Notes under the pieces: generated by a model
What the model was told of the DNA's origin: nothing
Databases searched by the model: none
Seen by the model: the letters and a program-made list of their open reading frames with translations, nothing else
Made by a program: the position numbers and the translations under genes
Assembly (NCBI GenBank): GCA_027295705.1
Contig: JAPUKJ010000040.1
Span: 1-41,129 of the forward strand
Direction of reading: 5' to 3'
DNA from: Ignavibacteria bacterium
Lineage (GTDB): Bacteria > Bacteroidota > Ignavibacteria > UBA10030 > UBA6906
DNA length: 41,129 nt
Shown: positions 1 through 10,651 of the stretch, in pieces
How positions within the stretch are numbered: the stretch's first letter is position 1
Layout: the number at the start of each line of letters is the position of its first letter

Positions 1-539
1 ATGACGGAGCCAACAAGTGCCGCAACGATGCCTATGAAATATTCCGTCGGCAGGTAGTCGACCTTCGGCGAGAATGCCACGACGATCGTCGCACTGACAA
101 AAAAGGCAGCTGTACCTTCGAGCGATTTCTTCATGAATTTATGCTTGCCGAACTTTATTCCGAAGAGAGCAGCTATGCTGTCCGAAATAATAAGTATGCT
201 AAACGCGGTAACGACGATGACCTTGGGAAAAATCAAGATACAAATAGAGGCAGAGAGAAGTACATACGTTGCTCCATTGAGTCGCAAAGTGCGATTGTCC
301 CGTTCGTGGGGCCGTAGCAGCCAACCGAAATACGTCTGGTAGATCTGCCAGGCGGCTGGATGCATGAAGCGTGCAACGTCGGCAAATGCAAAAGCCAGGG
401 TCAACGGGAGAAGAATCTTCAGGGCAGTCGATTTTTCAATGAAGTAATATATGATTGGGATGGAAAGCGAGCAGAGGTGGATAGCTTTGCGGATGAGTTC
501 TGCAGTATAACTCTGCTCACCATTCGCCGGCTCATTCAT
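1..539 (-). CDS. Polyprenol/dolichol/phytol kinase-like membrane protein (SEC59/DGK1/VTE5, CTP_transf_1 clan); runs off window edge
   Basis: Not in ORF track. ATG at 539-537 overlaps the ftsH TGA (ATGA). Manual translation [22 protein letters not shown]...[15 protein letters not shown]...[11 protein letters not shown] contains the family RKxxH, D-x-x-AA-x-x-G and KSxEG motifs. Confidence 0.8.
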   Translation of the reverse strand, partial: MNEPANGEQSYTAELIRKAIHLCSLSIPIIYYFIEKSTALKILLPLTLAFAFADVARFMHPAAWQIYQTYFGWLLRPHERDNRTLRLNGATYVLLSASICILIFPKVIVVTAFSILIISDSIAALFGIKFGKHKFMKKSLEGTAAFFVSATIVVAFSPKVDYLPTEYFIGIVAALVGSV

Positions 540-2611
540 TTCTCACTTTTGGCGTCATCAGAATCTGATGCCACAATGGGTTGTTCCTTTTGGTTGGAAG
601 AGTTGTTCTGACCGTCTCCGCGTTTGTCCAATGGGGGGAGTTCTTCACCGCGAATAATTGTGTCTATCTCAATAGCATCGAGCATCTCTCTCTCGAGGAG
701 TGCATGTGAGAGTCGATGGAGTGTATCTATGTTGTCATTCAGAATCTTCTCTGCCCGGTTCATGCATGTGGTAACGATCTTTTTTGCTTCTTCATCGATC
801 GCAATTGCGGTATCTTCACTGTAATTTTTCTGACGTACGATCTGTTTGCCCAGGAAAATCTCCTCTTCTTTTTGCCCGTACGTAAGCGGTCCGAGTTTTT
901 CGCTCATACCCCATTCACATACCATCTTGCGGGCGATTTCAGTTGCACGTTCTATGTCATTGCTGGCTCCGGTGGTTAGTTCACCGAAGATAATTTTTTC
1001 CGCGGCGCGGCCACCGAAGGCATATGTAATCATTCCTTCCAGATAGGCTTTCGAATACGTGTGCTTCTCGTCGATGGGAAGATAGGTTGTCAATCCAAGT
1101 GCGCGTCCGCGTGGGATAATGGTAACCTTGTGCACTGGGTCAGCTTCAGGAACCATACGTGCGACGAGGACATGTCCAATTTCGTGATATGATGTCAACT
1201 TCTTTTCTCGATCTGATATGATCAGACTCTTGCGTTCCATCCCCATCATTACTTTGTCTTTGGATTCCTCGAAGTGCCGCATGCTCACAGCTTTATCATT
1301 CTGTCGGGCGGCGAGCAAGGCTGCTTCATTCACCAGATTTGCTAGGTCGGCACCTGCCAGGCCCGGTGTCCCCTTTGCGAGGATTTCCAGTTTGACGTCC
1401 TCGGCGAGCGGGATTTTCTTTGTATGGACCCGCAGTATCCCTTCGCGGCCTTTCACGTCGGGCCGATCAACGACGACCTGGCGGTCGAAGCGCCCAGGAC
1501 GCATGAGTGCTGGGTCAAGGACGTCTGGTCTATTTGTTGCAGCAATGATGATCACTCCACTGGTTTGGTCAAAGCCATCCATTTCCACAAGCAATTGGTT
1601 CAGAGTCTGCTCTCGCTCATCATGTCCGCCTCCCAAGCCTGCGCCGCGATGACGTCCCACAGCGTCCATTTCATCGATGAAAATAATACATGGGGCATTC
1701 TTTTTCCCTTGTTCAAACAAGTCCCGCACTCTGCTTGCCCCGACGCCAACGAACATTTCGACGAATTCAGCACCAGAGATGGAGAAGAATGGAACGCTAG
1801 CTTCTCCGGCCACTGCGCGCGCAAGAAGCGTCTTGCCAGTACCCGGAGGACCCAATAGCATTACTCCACGTGGGATCCTGCCGCCGAGCTTCTGAAATTT
1901 TGCAGGCTCCTTCAGGAACTCGATGATTTCGGCAAGCTCCATCTTTGCCTCATCTGCTCCAGCCACATCCAGAAATGTTACTTTGGGAGCTCCTTCGCTC
2001 AACACCTTGGCCCGGCTCTTGCCGAAGGAAAAAATCCCTTTTGGACCCCCGCCTTGCATTCGCCGCATGATAATGAGCCACACAACGAGTAACAGAACCC
2101 ACGGTAGTGCACCAATTAGGGCGCTCACCCATGCATTGTCTTCTTTTACAACGGTGAACTGCACTCCTCTTTCACTCCATTCTTTGATCACGTCGCTATC
2201 AAGGATGGGAAGTGTAAGTATGAACTTTCTCTGAATGAGAACCTCTCTTCCCTCACGAGTAACAGTCTCTGGGCTCCGAAGCTCCCCGTGAAAATCGTAA
2301 TTTGCAAACTCAGATTTCTTGATCGTTGCCTTTGCGATCCTATCGTTCTTGAGGAACTCTTGGTATTCCGTATAGGTTATCTCGACTTCGTTACCTTCCG
2401 TTCCTTTGAACAGCGTCATCACGAGGAATACAAGAAGGATGATAGCTGACCAACTGAGGACAACCTTTAATACTTTGTTCCAGTTGAAATCATCATCCGG
2501 TCGTCGTTGTTGTCCCGGTCGTCTGCTTCTTCCCGGGCGGGGGAAACGCCGCCTTTTTTCGGTGTCGGGGGGCCGTCTGTTCCCGCTATTAGATTTCTTC
2601 TGCTCTTCCAT
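536..2611 (-). CDS. ftsH: ATP-dependent zinc metalloprotease FtsH
   Basis: Two TM helices, Walker A GPPGTGKT, Walker [27 protein letters not shown] zinc motif. Confidence 0.98.
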   Translation of the reverse strand: MEEQKKSNSGNRRPPDTEKRRRFPRPGRSRRPGQQRRPDDDFNWNKVLKVVLSWSAIILLVFLVMTLFKGTEGNEVEITYTEYQEFLKNDRIAKATIKKSEFANYDFHGELRSPETVTREGREVLIQRKFILTLPILDSDVIKEWSERGVQFTVVKEDNAWVSALIGALPWVLLLVVWLIIMRRMQGGGPKGIFSFGKSRAKVLSEGAPKVTFLDVAGADEAKMELAEIIEFLKEPAKFQKLGGRIPRGVMLLGPPGTGKTLLARAVAGEASVPFFSISGAEFVEMFVGVGASRVRDLFEQGKKNAPCIIFIDEMDAVGRHRGAGLGGGHDEREQTLNQLLVEMDGFDQTSGVIIIAATNRPDVLDPALMRPGRFDRQVVVDRPDVKGREGILRVHTKKIPLAEDVKLEILAKGTPGLAGADLANLVNEAALLAARQNDKAVSMRHFEESKDKVMMGMERKSLIISDREKKLTSYHEIGHVLVARMVPEADPVHKVTIIPRGRALGLTTYLPIDEKHTYSKAYLEGMITYAFGGRAAEKIIFGELTTGASNDIERATEIARKMVCEWGMSEKLGPLTYGQKEEEIFLGKQIVRQKNYSEDTAIAIDEEAKKIVTTCMNRAEKILNDNIDTLHRLSHALLEREMLDAIEIDTIIRGEELPPLDKRGDGQNNSSNQKEQPIVASDSDDAKSEK

Positions 2612-2631
2612 CGACCTGCGCTGCTCCTCTC

Positions 2632-3198
2632 TTATATATTAACACCAGCAGGATTTGTGTCCGATAACTTGTATATCCCTTTTAGGTTTCTCATCCTCTG
2701 GGCGTAGTCAAGACCATAGCCCAGTACAAAGTGTGAAGGGATGGTGAAGCCAACATAGTCTATGTGGACTGGTTTTTTGACAGCGTCCTTTTTATACAGC
2801 AAGGTTACAACCCTGAATGATTTCGGGTTCTGTCTGCAAATGATGTTCTTGATATAGTCCATAGAAAGTCCTGAGTCGATAATGTCTTCCACGATGATAA
2901 TATCGCGCCCTTCTATCTGGCAGTTGAGTTCTTTTAGCACTCTTACATCGCCAGAGCTGATCTTTGCATCACCATAGCTAGAAAGTTTGAGGAAGTCAAT
3001 CTCACATTCAATTGTCACCTCGCGAATCAAGTCGGCAAAAAAGATAAACGAGCCGTTAAGCACTCCAATGAATATCGGCACAGTTCCCTTATATGTTCTA
3101 CTGATTTCTTGTGCGAGTTGTTTCACCTTCGTCTTGATCTGACGCTCGCTGATCATAACGACGAAGTTATCCCCGTTAACCCTTATCTTTTTTTTCAT
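2632..3198 (-). CDS. hpt: Hypoxanthine phosphoribosyltransferase
   Basis: GVLNGS, LSSYG, PRPP motif [21 protein letters not shown]; canonical tilS-hpt-ftsH order. Confidence 0.96.
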   Translation of the reverse strand: MKKKIRVNGDNFVVMISERQIKTKVKQLAQEISRTYKGTVPIFIGVLNGSFIFFADLIREVTIECEIDFLKLSSYGDAKISSGDVRVLKELNCQIEGRDIIIVEDIIDSGLSMDYIKNIICRQNPKSFRVVTLLYKKDAVKKPVHIDYVGFTIPSHFVLGYGLDYAQRMRNLKGIYKLSDTNPAGVNI

Positions 3199-4600
3199 TC
3201 GGCCTATTTGGAGAACCTGAAAATTCTAGCTTCATTACATGCCTTGTTTCATCGGTGACCTTAAAGCGGTCGTCGATGCGCTGTCCACACACCCAGACGA
3301 CCTCACCATTCTTTGTTTCAAGGATCGGAATGTTGTGCTTTTCGTAAATCGGAATCTTTGAGTCGATAAAGAAATCGCTGATCTTCTTCTTTGTTTTCAT
3401 TCCCAGCGGGACAAATGAATCGCCAGCACTCCATGTTCGCAGGATGAGCTCTCCGTTCTGAATCCTATCAGCATCGATAAATTCCGCATTTTTTTTGTTG
3501 TTTAATGAAATATTCTTCGCTTCAACAACTTGCGATGCAAAACGGAACTTGTCAAACTCATAGGTATGGTTCGGCCGAACTGTGATTTTGAACTCGGTTG
3601 CCGGTTCTGTTTTTCTCATGACCAGGTTTTCGCGATCGCGGAACACGACGTATTCCTTGGAGAGCGCGACCCATGAGCCGGTTAGTCCCTCCATCAATTC
3701 GAGAATTGCGTTGACTTGCTCGTACTCCAGCTTCCTCTGTGTAAACTGTTCCGCTGCTAGCATCACAATATATTGCTGCAGCAGGATCGGATTGCTTCGC
3801 AGTCGAGGAATGGCAAGCTGTAACTCCTCATCGGATTTCTTTGCGATCATCAAGTCAAAGCTTTGGCGGGCGGTGTACGTTAAAAAGCCCTCCAGTTCGC
3901 GGAACAACTCAGCGGAACGATGGAGCGTCTGCACAACGTTTGGGTTCACCTGCTCCTTTACAGGAGCGAGGATACGGTGACGGATGAAATTGCGTGTGTA
4001 ATAATCTTTCTCGTTCGACGAATCCGTGCGAAACGTCAGTTGGTCTTGGGCTGCATACTGTTCGATTTCGCTCCGTTGCGCGAAGAGTAGAGGTCTGACG
4101 ATTCTTCTGTCCACTCTATAGACAGGAATACCTGATAGGCCCTGTACGCCGGCTCCGCGAAAGAGGTTCAGCAGAATAGTCTCCGCATTGTCATCGGCGT
4201 TGTGAGCAGTTGCAATCTTGTCCGATCCGCTGGAAAGCAATAGCTTTTCCAGGAACTCGTACCGCAACTTGCGCGCTGCTTCCTGGACGCCCAGTTTGTT
4301 GTGCTGTGCGTACTCAGCTGTGTTTGCGCGCTCTACGTAGAAATCAAATCCGTGATGCTGTGCCAGTTGAGCAACGTGATGTTCATCCTCGTCGGCTTCG
4401 CTGCCTCGAAGCTCGTGGTTGAAATGAGCCACAATGATCGTCAGGCCGAATGCGTCCTGCTCTTTGGCGAGCAAGTCCAGCAATACGACGGAATCAACCC
4501 CTCCGCTGACGGCAGCAATAATCTTGTCTCTTTCCTCGATTAATTGCCGGCGGCGGCTGAACTCATGAAACCGTGTTAGAAACGCTCGTGACGAAAACAT
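3176..4600 (-). CDS. tilS: tRNA(Ile)-lysidine synthetase
   Basis: PP-loop SGGVDS, AHFNH, ARKLRY, TAHNADDNAET, RPLL, DSSN, RNFIRH; TilS C-terminal domain. Confidence 0.97.
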   Translation of the reverse strand: MFSSRAFLTRFHEFSRRRQLIEERDKIIAAVSGGVDSVVLLDLLAKEQDAFGLTIIVAHFNHELRGSEADEDEHHVAQLAQHHGFDFYVERANTAEYAQHNKLGVQEAARKLRYEFLEKLLLSSGSDKIATAHNADDNAETILLNLFRGAGVQGLSGIPVYRVDRRIVRPLLFAQRSEIEQYAAQDQLTFRTDSSNEKDYYTRNFIRHRILAPVKEQVNPNVVQTLHRSAELFRELEGFLTYTARQSFDLMIAKKSDEELQLAIPRLRSNPILLQQYIVMLAAEQFTQRKLEYEQVNAILELMEGLTGSWVALSKEYVVFRDRENLVMRKTEPATEFKITVRPNHTYEFDKFRFASQVVEAKNISLNNKKNAEFIDADRIQNGELILRTWSAGDSFVPLGMKTKKKISDFFIDSKIPIYEKHNIPILETKNGEVVWVCGQRIDDRFKVTDETRHVMKLEFSGSPNRPNEKKDKG

Positions 4601-4741
4601 AGCCTACTCTTGATTCATCTAAGAAAAATTCCCCTTCGCGTGGGGCAACTCCTGAGTGCATTTTACTCTTTGTGCGCCGATCGCCTGCGCGTGGAGACTT
4701 TTATCTTCGTTGCCTGCCGTCAAAGGGGAGTGGGACCGATG

Positions 4742-4815
4742 TAGCGGGAGAGGGATTCGAACCCCCGACACATGGATTATGATTCCATTGCTCTAACCAA
4801 CTGAGCTATCCCGCC
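4742..4815 (-). tRNA. tRNA-Met(CAT), elongator type; CCA not encoded
   Basis: GGCGGGATAGCTCAGTTGGTTAGAGCAATGGAATCATAATCCATGTGTCGGGGGTTCGAATCCCTCTCCCGCTA folds as a cloverleaf with anticodon CAT at 4781-4779. G1-U72/G2-C71/C3-G70 acceptor stem; no C1:A72 mismatch and no three G-C pairs of fMet. Confidence 0.93.
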
Positions 4816-4951
4816 ACGTATGACAATTTTGCTGAGCCACGCCTCTCACGATATTGATGAGTCGTGAAGCAATTAGCATGTCAGAGTTACCTGTGCCCCG
4901 TGGGAGGCACCATCGTTGCAAACAGGTCAAAAACAGTGTGAATGCTTGAAA

Positions 4952-4980
4952 AATATAATACTTATTGGCCTAAAGAGCAA
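4952..4980 (-). promoter_or_regulatory. Putative sigma70-type promoter for tRNA-Met-tilS-hpt-ftsH
   Basis: Minus strand TTGCTC-N17-TATATT. Confidence 0.55.
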
Positions 4981-5243
4981 GGGTCCAAGATATGGTCATC
5001 CATCGGCGTCCGTTGAGAATTGAAGCTTTAATAGGTATATTTTCGTGAGTAGTCGATGAGCAGATATGTCACACACAGCAACGAATGAATGTGAGACCCA
5101 AATTCACACCTTCCGCAAGCAAAGGTACTATGTGATGTTATCAAATTTTGCGTTTGTATCTCATTTGAGGAGTGTGGTTGCGGAATTGAAGGAATCCATG
5201 GGGTCCGATGCGCCGCAGTCGTCACTATTGATTGGCGCTAACG

Positions 5244-6152
5244 ATGCAATCTATGCTTGCAAACAACGTTGATGCAGTCGTTGCGCCCGCCGTACAATCA
5301 ACAGAAGCTCAGATTGTTCAGGCCTACAAGTATTGCGAAGAACTCACCAGAAGTCATTATGAGAACTTCCCGGTTGCGTCACGGTTTATTCCCAAATTCT
5401 ACCGCCCCCACATCTGCAATATTTACGCCTTTGCTCGGATTGCGGATGATCTCGCTGATGAAGGTAAGCTGCAGCCGGATGAACGGCTCCGGAAACTTGA
5501 TGATTGGGGGGAAAAGCTCGATGGATGCTTTGATGGAAAACCGGAAGGCCCAGTTTTTCTGGCCCTTGCGGAAACCGTTGCCAAATTCGAGATTCCCAAG
5601 ACTCCATTTGTCCGTTTATTAAGAGCCTTCCGGATGGATGTAACTCAGAGAAGGTTTGAGACATTTAAGCAGCTACGGCACTATTGTGAGCACTCTGCGG
5701 ACCCAATTGGAGAACTGGTACTCTACGTTTTTGGGTGTGCCTCAGATCGAACTGTTTCCCTCTCCAACAAAATCTGCACTGGACTTCAGCTTGCAAACTT
5801 CTGGCAGGACGTATCTGTTGATTGGGCAAAAGATCGGATCTATATACCTCTTGAAGATTTTCGTCGTTTTGGCTATACTGAGGACGCTCTCATGCAGCAA
5901 ATCGCCGATGAGCGTTTCTCCCGACTGATGGAATTTGAAGTTAGCCGTACCAAAAGGTTCTTCGAAGAGGGAAGACCTTTGATTAATGAGGTGGCGAGTG
6001 ACCTTCGCTTTGAACTCACTCTTACTTGGTACGGCGGGATGGCCATTCTCAACAAAATTGAAGGTGACGGTTGCAACGTCTTGACAAAACGACCGGCTAT
6101 CTCTTCGATGGATAAACTCATACTCCTTTCAAAAGCGATGTTTCGTAGGTGA
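5244..6152 (+). CDS. hpnC: Squalene synthase HpnC
   Basis: HYENFPVAS, IYAFARIADDLADEG, YCEHSADPIG, ICTGLQLANFWQDV, RIYIP. ATG 5244 preferred over TTG 5232. Confidence 0.92.
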   Translation: MQSMLANNVDAVVAPAVQSTEAQIVQAYKYCEELTRSHYENFPVASRFIPKFYRPHICNIYAFARIADDLADEGKLQPDERLRKLDDWGEKLDGCFDGKPEGPVFLALAETVAKFEIPKTPFVRLLRAFRMDVTQRRFETFKQLRHYCEHSADPIGELVLYVFGCASDRTVSLSNKICTGLQLANFWQDVSVDWAKDRIYIPLEDFRRFGYTEDALMQQIADERFSRLMEFEVSRTKRFFEEGRPLINEVASDLRFELTLTWYGGMAILNKIEGDGCNVLTKRPAISSMDKLILLSKAMFRR

Positions 6153-6991
6153 CTGCTTCTGCTGCCGCCATAGCGAAAAGCAGCAACACGAGTTTCTATT
6201 ACTCGTTTTCCGTGTTGCCCAAACACAAGCGTGAGGCGATCCACGCTGTCTATGCCTTTTGCCGGCACACAGATGATATTGTGGACGATGATGCGGACGA
6301 AGCGCGAAAAGTGATCCTTCTCCGTAAGTGGAGAACGGAGCTTGGGCATGCACTCAGAGGCACCTCGTCCTATCCCATTCTCAATCAGTTGAGCGCAACA
6401 GCACGTCAGTTTAACATTCCCGTCGACCATTTTTACGATCTCATTCGCGGAGTAGAGCTCGATCTTGTGAAAACCCGTTACCAAACGTTTGAGGAACTAC
6501 GCGAGTATTGCTATCTTGTCGCTTCATCTGCAGGATTGATGTGCCGCCAGATATTCGGCTATAGGAATGAATCCACGAGAGATTACGCCATCAATCTAGG
6601 CATCGCACTTCAACTCACTAACATTCTGCGCGACGTGAAGGATGATGCCAGAAGGGGAAGGATTTATCTTCCCCTCGAAGATTTTGAGAGGTTTAGCTAT
6701 AGTGAGGACGACTTGTTTAATTCTCGGTATACCCCTGAATTTGTTAACCTTATGCGGTTCGAGTGTGACCGGGCCAGTCGGTATTTCGACCGTGCGCGCG
6801 ATGCGCTGAAGGATGAGGACAAGCATTTCTTCTTTCCTGCTCGCATCATGTGGTCGATCTACGCGCATACACTGCGCCGAATCATGCATGCTGACTACAA
6901 TGTGTTTAAGGGACGCATTTCGATATCTAGATTCTTACAACTCCTAATCACCTTCCGTTACTGGCTCAGCCATCACCTGAAATATTCATAG
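6149..6991 (+). CDS. hpnD: Presqualene diphosphate synthase HpnD
   Basis: SFYYSF, YAFCRHTDDIVD, YCYLVAS, LQLTNILRDVKDDARRGRIYLP; GTGA overlap with hpnC. Confidence 0.9.
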   Translation: MTASAAAIAKSSNTSFYYSFSVLPKHKREAIHAVYAFCRHTDDIVDDDADEARKVILLRKWRTELGHALRGTSSYPILNQLSATARQFNIPVDHFYDLIRGVELDLVKTRYQTFEELREYCYLVASSAGLMCRQIFGYRNESTRDYAINLGIALQLTNILRDVKDDARRGRIYLPLEDFERFSYSEDDLFNSRYTPEFVNLMRFECDRASRYFDRARDALKDEDKHFFFPARIMWSIYAHTLRRIMHADYNVFKGRISISRFLQLLITFRYWLSHHLKYS

Positions 6992-7026
6992 GACTTCCCT
7001 CAAGACGGCTCACTCCCTTAAGTGTA

Positions 7027-8361
7027 ATGACATCTAAACAGGTTGTAATTGTTGGTGGTGGGGTGAGTGGGCTTTCTGCTGGCGTCTGCTTGAGTGAACG
7101 AGGTGTCCCCGTCACACTGCTGGAGCAGAAGCCAACTCTTGGTGGACGTGCATATTCTTTCAAGGATGCAGAAACCGGTGACATCATCGATAACGGTCAG
7201 CACGTGTTGATAGTCGGCTACGAACGGACCATGCAGTTTCTCAAGACCATTGGCACTCTCCATCTGCTTTCAATCCAGCCATTACCCGTCTTGATTTTTC
7301 ATCACCCACAAAAAGGTTTCTGCCGATTTCAGTTGCCCAAACTACCAACCCCGATGCATTTCATCGTTGGGATTCTCCAGAGCAATCTCTTTTCTTTTAT
7401 GGATCGGTGGAGAATGCTGCGAGCTGGTAAGGACATCCAAGCGGCTGATGTGGAGGATTCGCTAGCGACTATGACCGTCGAGCAATGGCTGGATTCTGTC
7501 GGACAGTCCGCCGAATGTAGGCGTTCGTTCTGGGAACCTATCGCAGTTTCCATGATGAATGAGAACCTTGCTACTGCGCCAGCCCTCCCTTTCGTACGAT
7601 CGCTACGGAAAGCTTTTCTCGGTAATTGGCGAAATGCATGTCTAGCCGTCCCCAACGTTGGCCTGAGTCAATTGTATGTCGAAGGTTCACAGAAATACAT
7701 TGACACCCACGGCGGCAAAATCAGTTGCGGTGCGGATGTCGTGGAAATTCTTTTCAAAGATTCTCTGGTAGAGCGTGTTAGACTGCGGAACAACGTGGAG
7801 GTAGAATGCACTGCACTGATCCTTGCGGTTCCCCCGTACAGGGTACAAGCGCTGTTGCCTGATGCAATGTTGAGGGGTCCCTCTCTTTCCGATATTCAGT
7901 CAATCAGATATTCACCGATCATTTCAGCCCATCTTTGGTTCGTAAAGGATTTTATGGATCACGAATTTTGCGGCCTCATTGGCAGGAGGACGCAATGGCT
8001 CTTCAACAGAAGAAAAATCATTAAAGAGTCCGGTAAAGGCGGGCACGTTTCTGCGGTGATTAGTGCAGCATATGACTTTGTAGAGTACTCAAATGAGGAG
8101 TTGATTCGTTTGACGCTCGAAGACATTCGTAGTGTTTATCCTGCTCTAGCGACTGAGCCTACACACGCGGTCGTGATAAGAGAAAAACGAGCAACTTTCT
8201 CGCTGACGCCAAAGACAGAGTATTTGCGACCTCCGCAGGAAACTTCCGTCCCGAACCTCTTTCTAGCTGGTGACTGGACCAATACCGGCTATCCTGCGAC
8301 CATTGAAGGAGCAATCGTAAGCGCCGAACGATGTGCTGATTTGGCGATGCGGGTGGTTTAA
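7027..8361 (+). CDS. hpnE: Hydroxysqualene dehydroxylase HpnE (FAD-dependent)
   Basis: GGGVSG dinucleotide motif, LGGRAYSF, IDNGQH, EKRATF, LAGDWT..GYPATIEGAI; follows hpnCD. Confidence 0.9.
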   Translation: MTSKQVVIVGGGVSGLSAGVCLSERGVPVTLLEQKPTLGGRAYSFKDAETGDIIDNGQHVLIVGYERTMQFLKTIGTLHLLSIQPLPVLIFHHPQKGFCRFQLPKLPTPMHFIVGILQSNLFSFMDRWRMLRAGKDIQAADVEDSLATMTVEQWLDSVGQSAECRRSFWEPIAVSMMNENLATAPALPFVRSLRKAFLGNWRNACLAVPNVGLSQLYVEGSQKYIDTHGGKISCGADVVEILFKDSLVERVRLRNNVEVECTALILAVPPYRVQALLPDAMLRGPSLSDIQSIRYSPIISAHLWFVKDFMDHEFCGLIGRRTQWLFNRRKIIKESGKGGHVSAVISAAYDFVEYSNEELIRLTLEDIRSVYPALATEPTHAVVIREKRATFSLTPKTEYLRPPQETSVPNLFLAGDWTNTGYPATIEGAIVSAERCADLAMRVV

Positions 8362-8505
8362 TTGTAATTCCCTCACCGCATCAATTTGGTTGAAGTTGGG
8401 ACAGGTTTCCATCGCATACGCAGAGACTTACTCCCGTTGCTTTTCTTCCGCAAAATCCAGATATTTATCGCGGAACAACAGGTTAGCTCAGTATCATATT
8501 AGGTT

Positions 8506-8880
8506 ATGCAATCAGAAAAGTTCGTGTTGCTTGTGGATGACGAACCGGCAAGCTTAAACGCCACGAAGGTGGGGTTGGTCGATAGGGGATTCAATGTAAG
8601 GGCTGTTGAAGGAGCGGAAGCGGCATTAAAGGAGATTCGTTCTGAGAAGCCCAGCATTGTTGTTTCTGATCTCGTCATGCCGGGGACGAACGGGTTTGAG
8701 CTATTCCAGGAAGTCCAGAAAGGTCCCGAATACCGCTCGATCCCGTTTGTGTTCCTCACTGCCGTTGACGATTATTATGCGAAGAAATTTGGTAAAGAGA
8801 TCGGTGGAGCTGCCTATATAACTAAACCTGTCGACTTGGACGAACTGGAGAAGATCATTAAAGAAAAACTCGGCGAGTAG
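8506..8880 (+). CDS. Single-domain response regulator (receiver)
   Basis: LLVDDE, phosphoacceptor in SDLVMPGTNG, FLTA, YITKP. Confidence 0.92.
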   Translation: MQSEKFVLLVDDEPASLNATKVGLVDRGFNVRAVEGAEAALKEIRSEKPSIVVSDLVMPGTNGFELFQEVQKGPEYRSIPFVFLTAVDDYYAKKFGKEIGGAAYITKPVDLDELEKIIKEKLGE

Positions 8881-8916
8881 TGCATTGACTTGTGGAGGCT
8901 TGCGTTCATAGTTAGC

Positions 8917-8940
8917 ATCCCGCAATAAGCGGGATTTTTT
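8917..8940 (+). terminator. Rho-independent terminator
   Basis: ATCCCGC-aataa-GCGGGAT followed by TTTTT. Confidence 0.75.
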
Positions 8941-9172
8941 ATATTTGGTCACCATCTGTTCTGAAGATTTGCTCGGCTTGGCTCGTGAGCGTGTGCTCTC
9001 CTACTTTTCATGTATGGGATGTTCGTGCCTTCGGTTATCCTCGAAGTCGGCATTGGTTAGTTTGTGCTCGTAGGGGCCGGCATGCAGGTGGTTGAACTTC
9101 CCCCCAAAATTTGTTACTCTACACCGACCTATTACACACCTCTCCAATTATTCCTAATAACACAGACGTTCG

Positions 9173-9778
9173 ATGAACCCGGTAATCCTCCTACGCCACG
9201 GCGAATCGCAGTGGAATTTGGAGAACCGTTTCACAGGATGGGTTGATGTACCTCTTTCCCAGAAAGGCATCGAAGAAGCGCGGAACGCTGGTGAGAAACT
9301 GAAAAGCTTTAGGTTCGACAGGGCTTTTACGTCAGTTCTGAAGCGCGCAAAAGATACGCTTGACATCGTGCTCGATATCATCGGTCAAAAAGATATTCCG
9401 ATTGATTATCACCATGCGTTGAACGAACGTCACTACGGTGACTTGCAAGGTTTGAACAAGGCTGAGACTGCGCGGAAGTATGGCGATGCGCAGGTGAAAA
9501 TCTGGCGAAGAAGCTATGATGTTAGCCCACGAAACGGTGAAAGTCTTAAGGACACCGCTGAAAGAACCTTGCCCTATTGGAAAAAAAAGATCCTGCCTTG
9601 TGTAACGAAAGGTGAACGGATCATCATTTCTGCACATGGAAACAGTCTTCGTGCGTTGGTGATGCACCTTGACAACCTCTCAAAAGAAGAAGTGCTGGAA
9701 CTCAATATCCCAACGGGAGTTCCACTTTTGTATGAGTTCGACGCTTCCGGGAAACCGACCTCCCATAAATACCTCTGA
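9173..9778 (+). CDS. gpmA: 2,3-bisphosphoglycerate-dependent phosphoglycerate mutase
   Basis: [48 protein letters not shown]. Confidence 0.96.
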   Translation: MNPVILLRHGESQWNLENRFTGWVDVPLSQKGIEEARNAGEKLKSFRFDRAFTSVLKRAKDTLDIVLDIIGQKDIPIDYHHALNERHYGDLQGLNKAETARKYGDAQVKIWRRSYDVSPRNGESLKDTAERTLPYWKKKILPCVTKGERIIISAHGNSLRALVMHLDNLSKEEVLELNIPTGVPLLYEFDASGKPTSHKYL

Positions 9779-9791
9779 GAACGTCATCCTT

Positions 9792-10076
9792 ATGCTCCGA
9801 TTTTCCTTTTTATGGCTCGTCTGGATCACGCTGCCTCTGTCGCAAACGAGTAGACAAATTCCTCCTATGAAGATCTCCCTTGATGGCCAATGGTTGTTTA
9901 AAGCCGATCCCGAAAAAGCTGGTGTAGACGACAAGTGGTACGCTGAGGAGACTGACCGTTCTGAATGGCAAACGGTTCAAGTCCCGAATTTCTGGAAGGA
10001 ATACCCCGGTCTCGCTGCATACGCCCATACAAAGAGAATTGGTGGTAAGGATAGAAATCGTATAGTATTTGTATAA
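9792..10076 (+). pseudogene. Truncated N-terminal fragment of a secreted GH2-type glycoside hydrolase
   Basis: Signal-like N-terminus then ISLDGQWLFKADP...G...KWY...EWQTVQVPNFW, typical of the GH2 sugar-binding domain start. Similarity stops near 10023 and the ORF ends after 94 aa. Confidence 0.65.
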
Positions 10077-10235
10077 TGAAGATTAGTATTCCATGTTTTG
10101 ATTGATCCTATTGAAAATCGCTTGGTACGTTAAGATACGAAAATTGTATAGGACAGTGCAGTGATATCGCTGATTTTCCACTGCTTGATTTCCCCCGACG
10201 ATTCTTGTAACTTTACCTGAAGGAACGAAATTGCT

Positions 10236-10640
10236 ATGGCATACTGGTTGTTGAAGACTGAGTCTTCGGTTTACTCGTACGGCGACCTTGAGCGGGACAA
10301 AAAGACGGTTTGGGATAGTGTGGCTAACAACACTGCGTTGAAGAACCTGAGAGCTATGAAAAAGGGGGACCGCGTGTTCATTTATCATTCCGGGGATGAG
10401 AAATGTATCGTCGGGATTGCCGAGATAGTGTCCGGAGCGTATCCGGATTCTCAGAAAACCGATTCAAGATTTGTCGTTGTTGACCTCAAACCAAGAAAGA
10501 GACTAAGGAACACCGTGCCGCTTGCTGACATAAAAGCAAGAAAAGGGTTCAGGGATTTTGCCTTAGTTCGCATCCCACGTCTTTCCGTCATGCCTGTTTC
10601 TGCTGGACAGTGGAAAACGCTACTGTCGATGTCTGACTGA
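10236..10640 (+). CDS. EVE domain protein
   Basis: YWLLKTE, MKKGDRVFIYHSG, RIPRLSVMPV. Confidence 0.92.
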   Translation: MAYWLLKTESSVYSYGDLERDKKTVWDSVANNTALKNLRAMKKGDRVFIYHSGDEKCIVGIAEIVSGAYPDSQKTDSRFVVVDLKPRKRLRNTVPLADIKARKGFRDFALVRIPRLSVMPVSAGQWKTLLSMSD

Positions 10641-10651
10641 GCCTACCTCCG

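Noticed and set aside
4742-4815. tRNA-Ile2 or tRNA-fMet assignment
   Set aside because: Lacks the fMet C1:A72 mismatch and GGG/CCC anticodon stem; the acceptor stem fits elongator Met better than Ile2.
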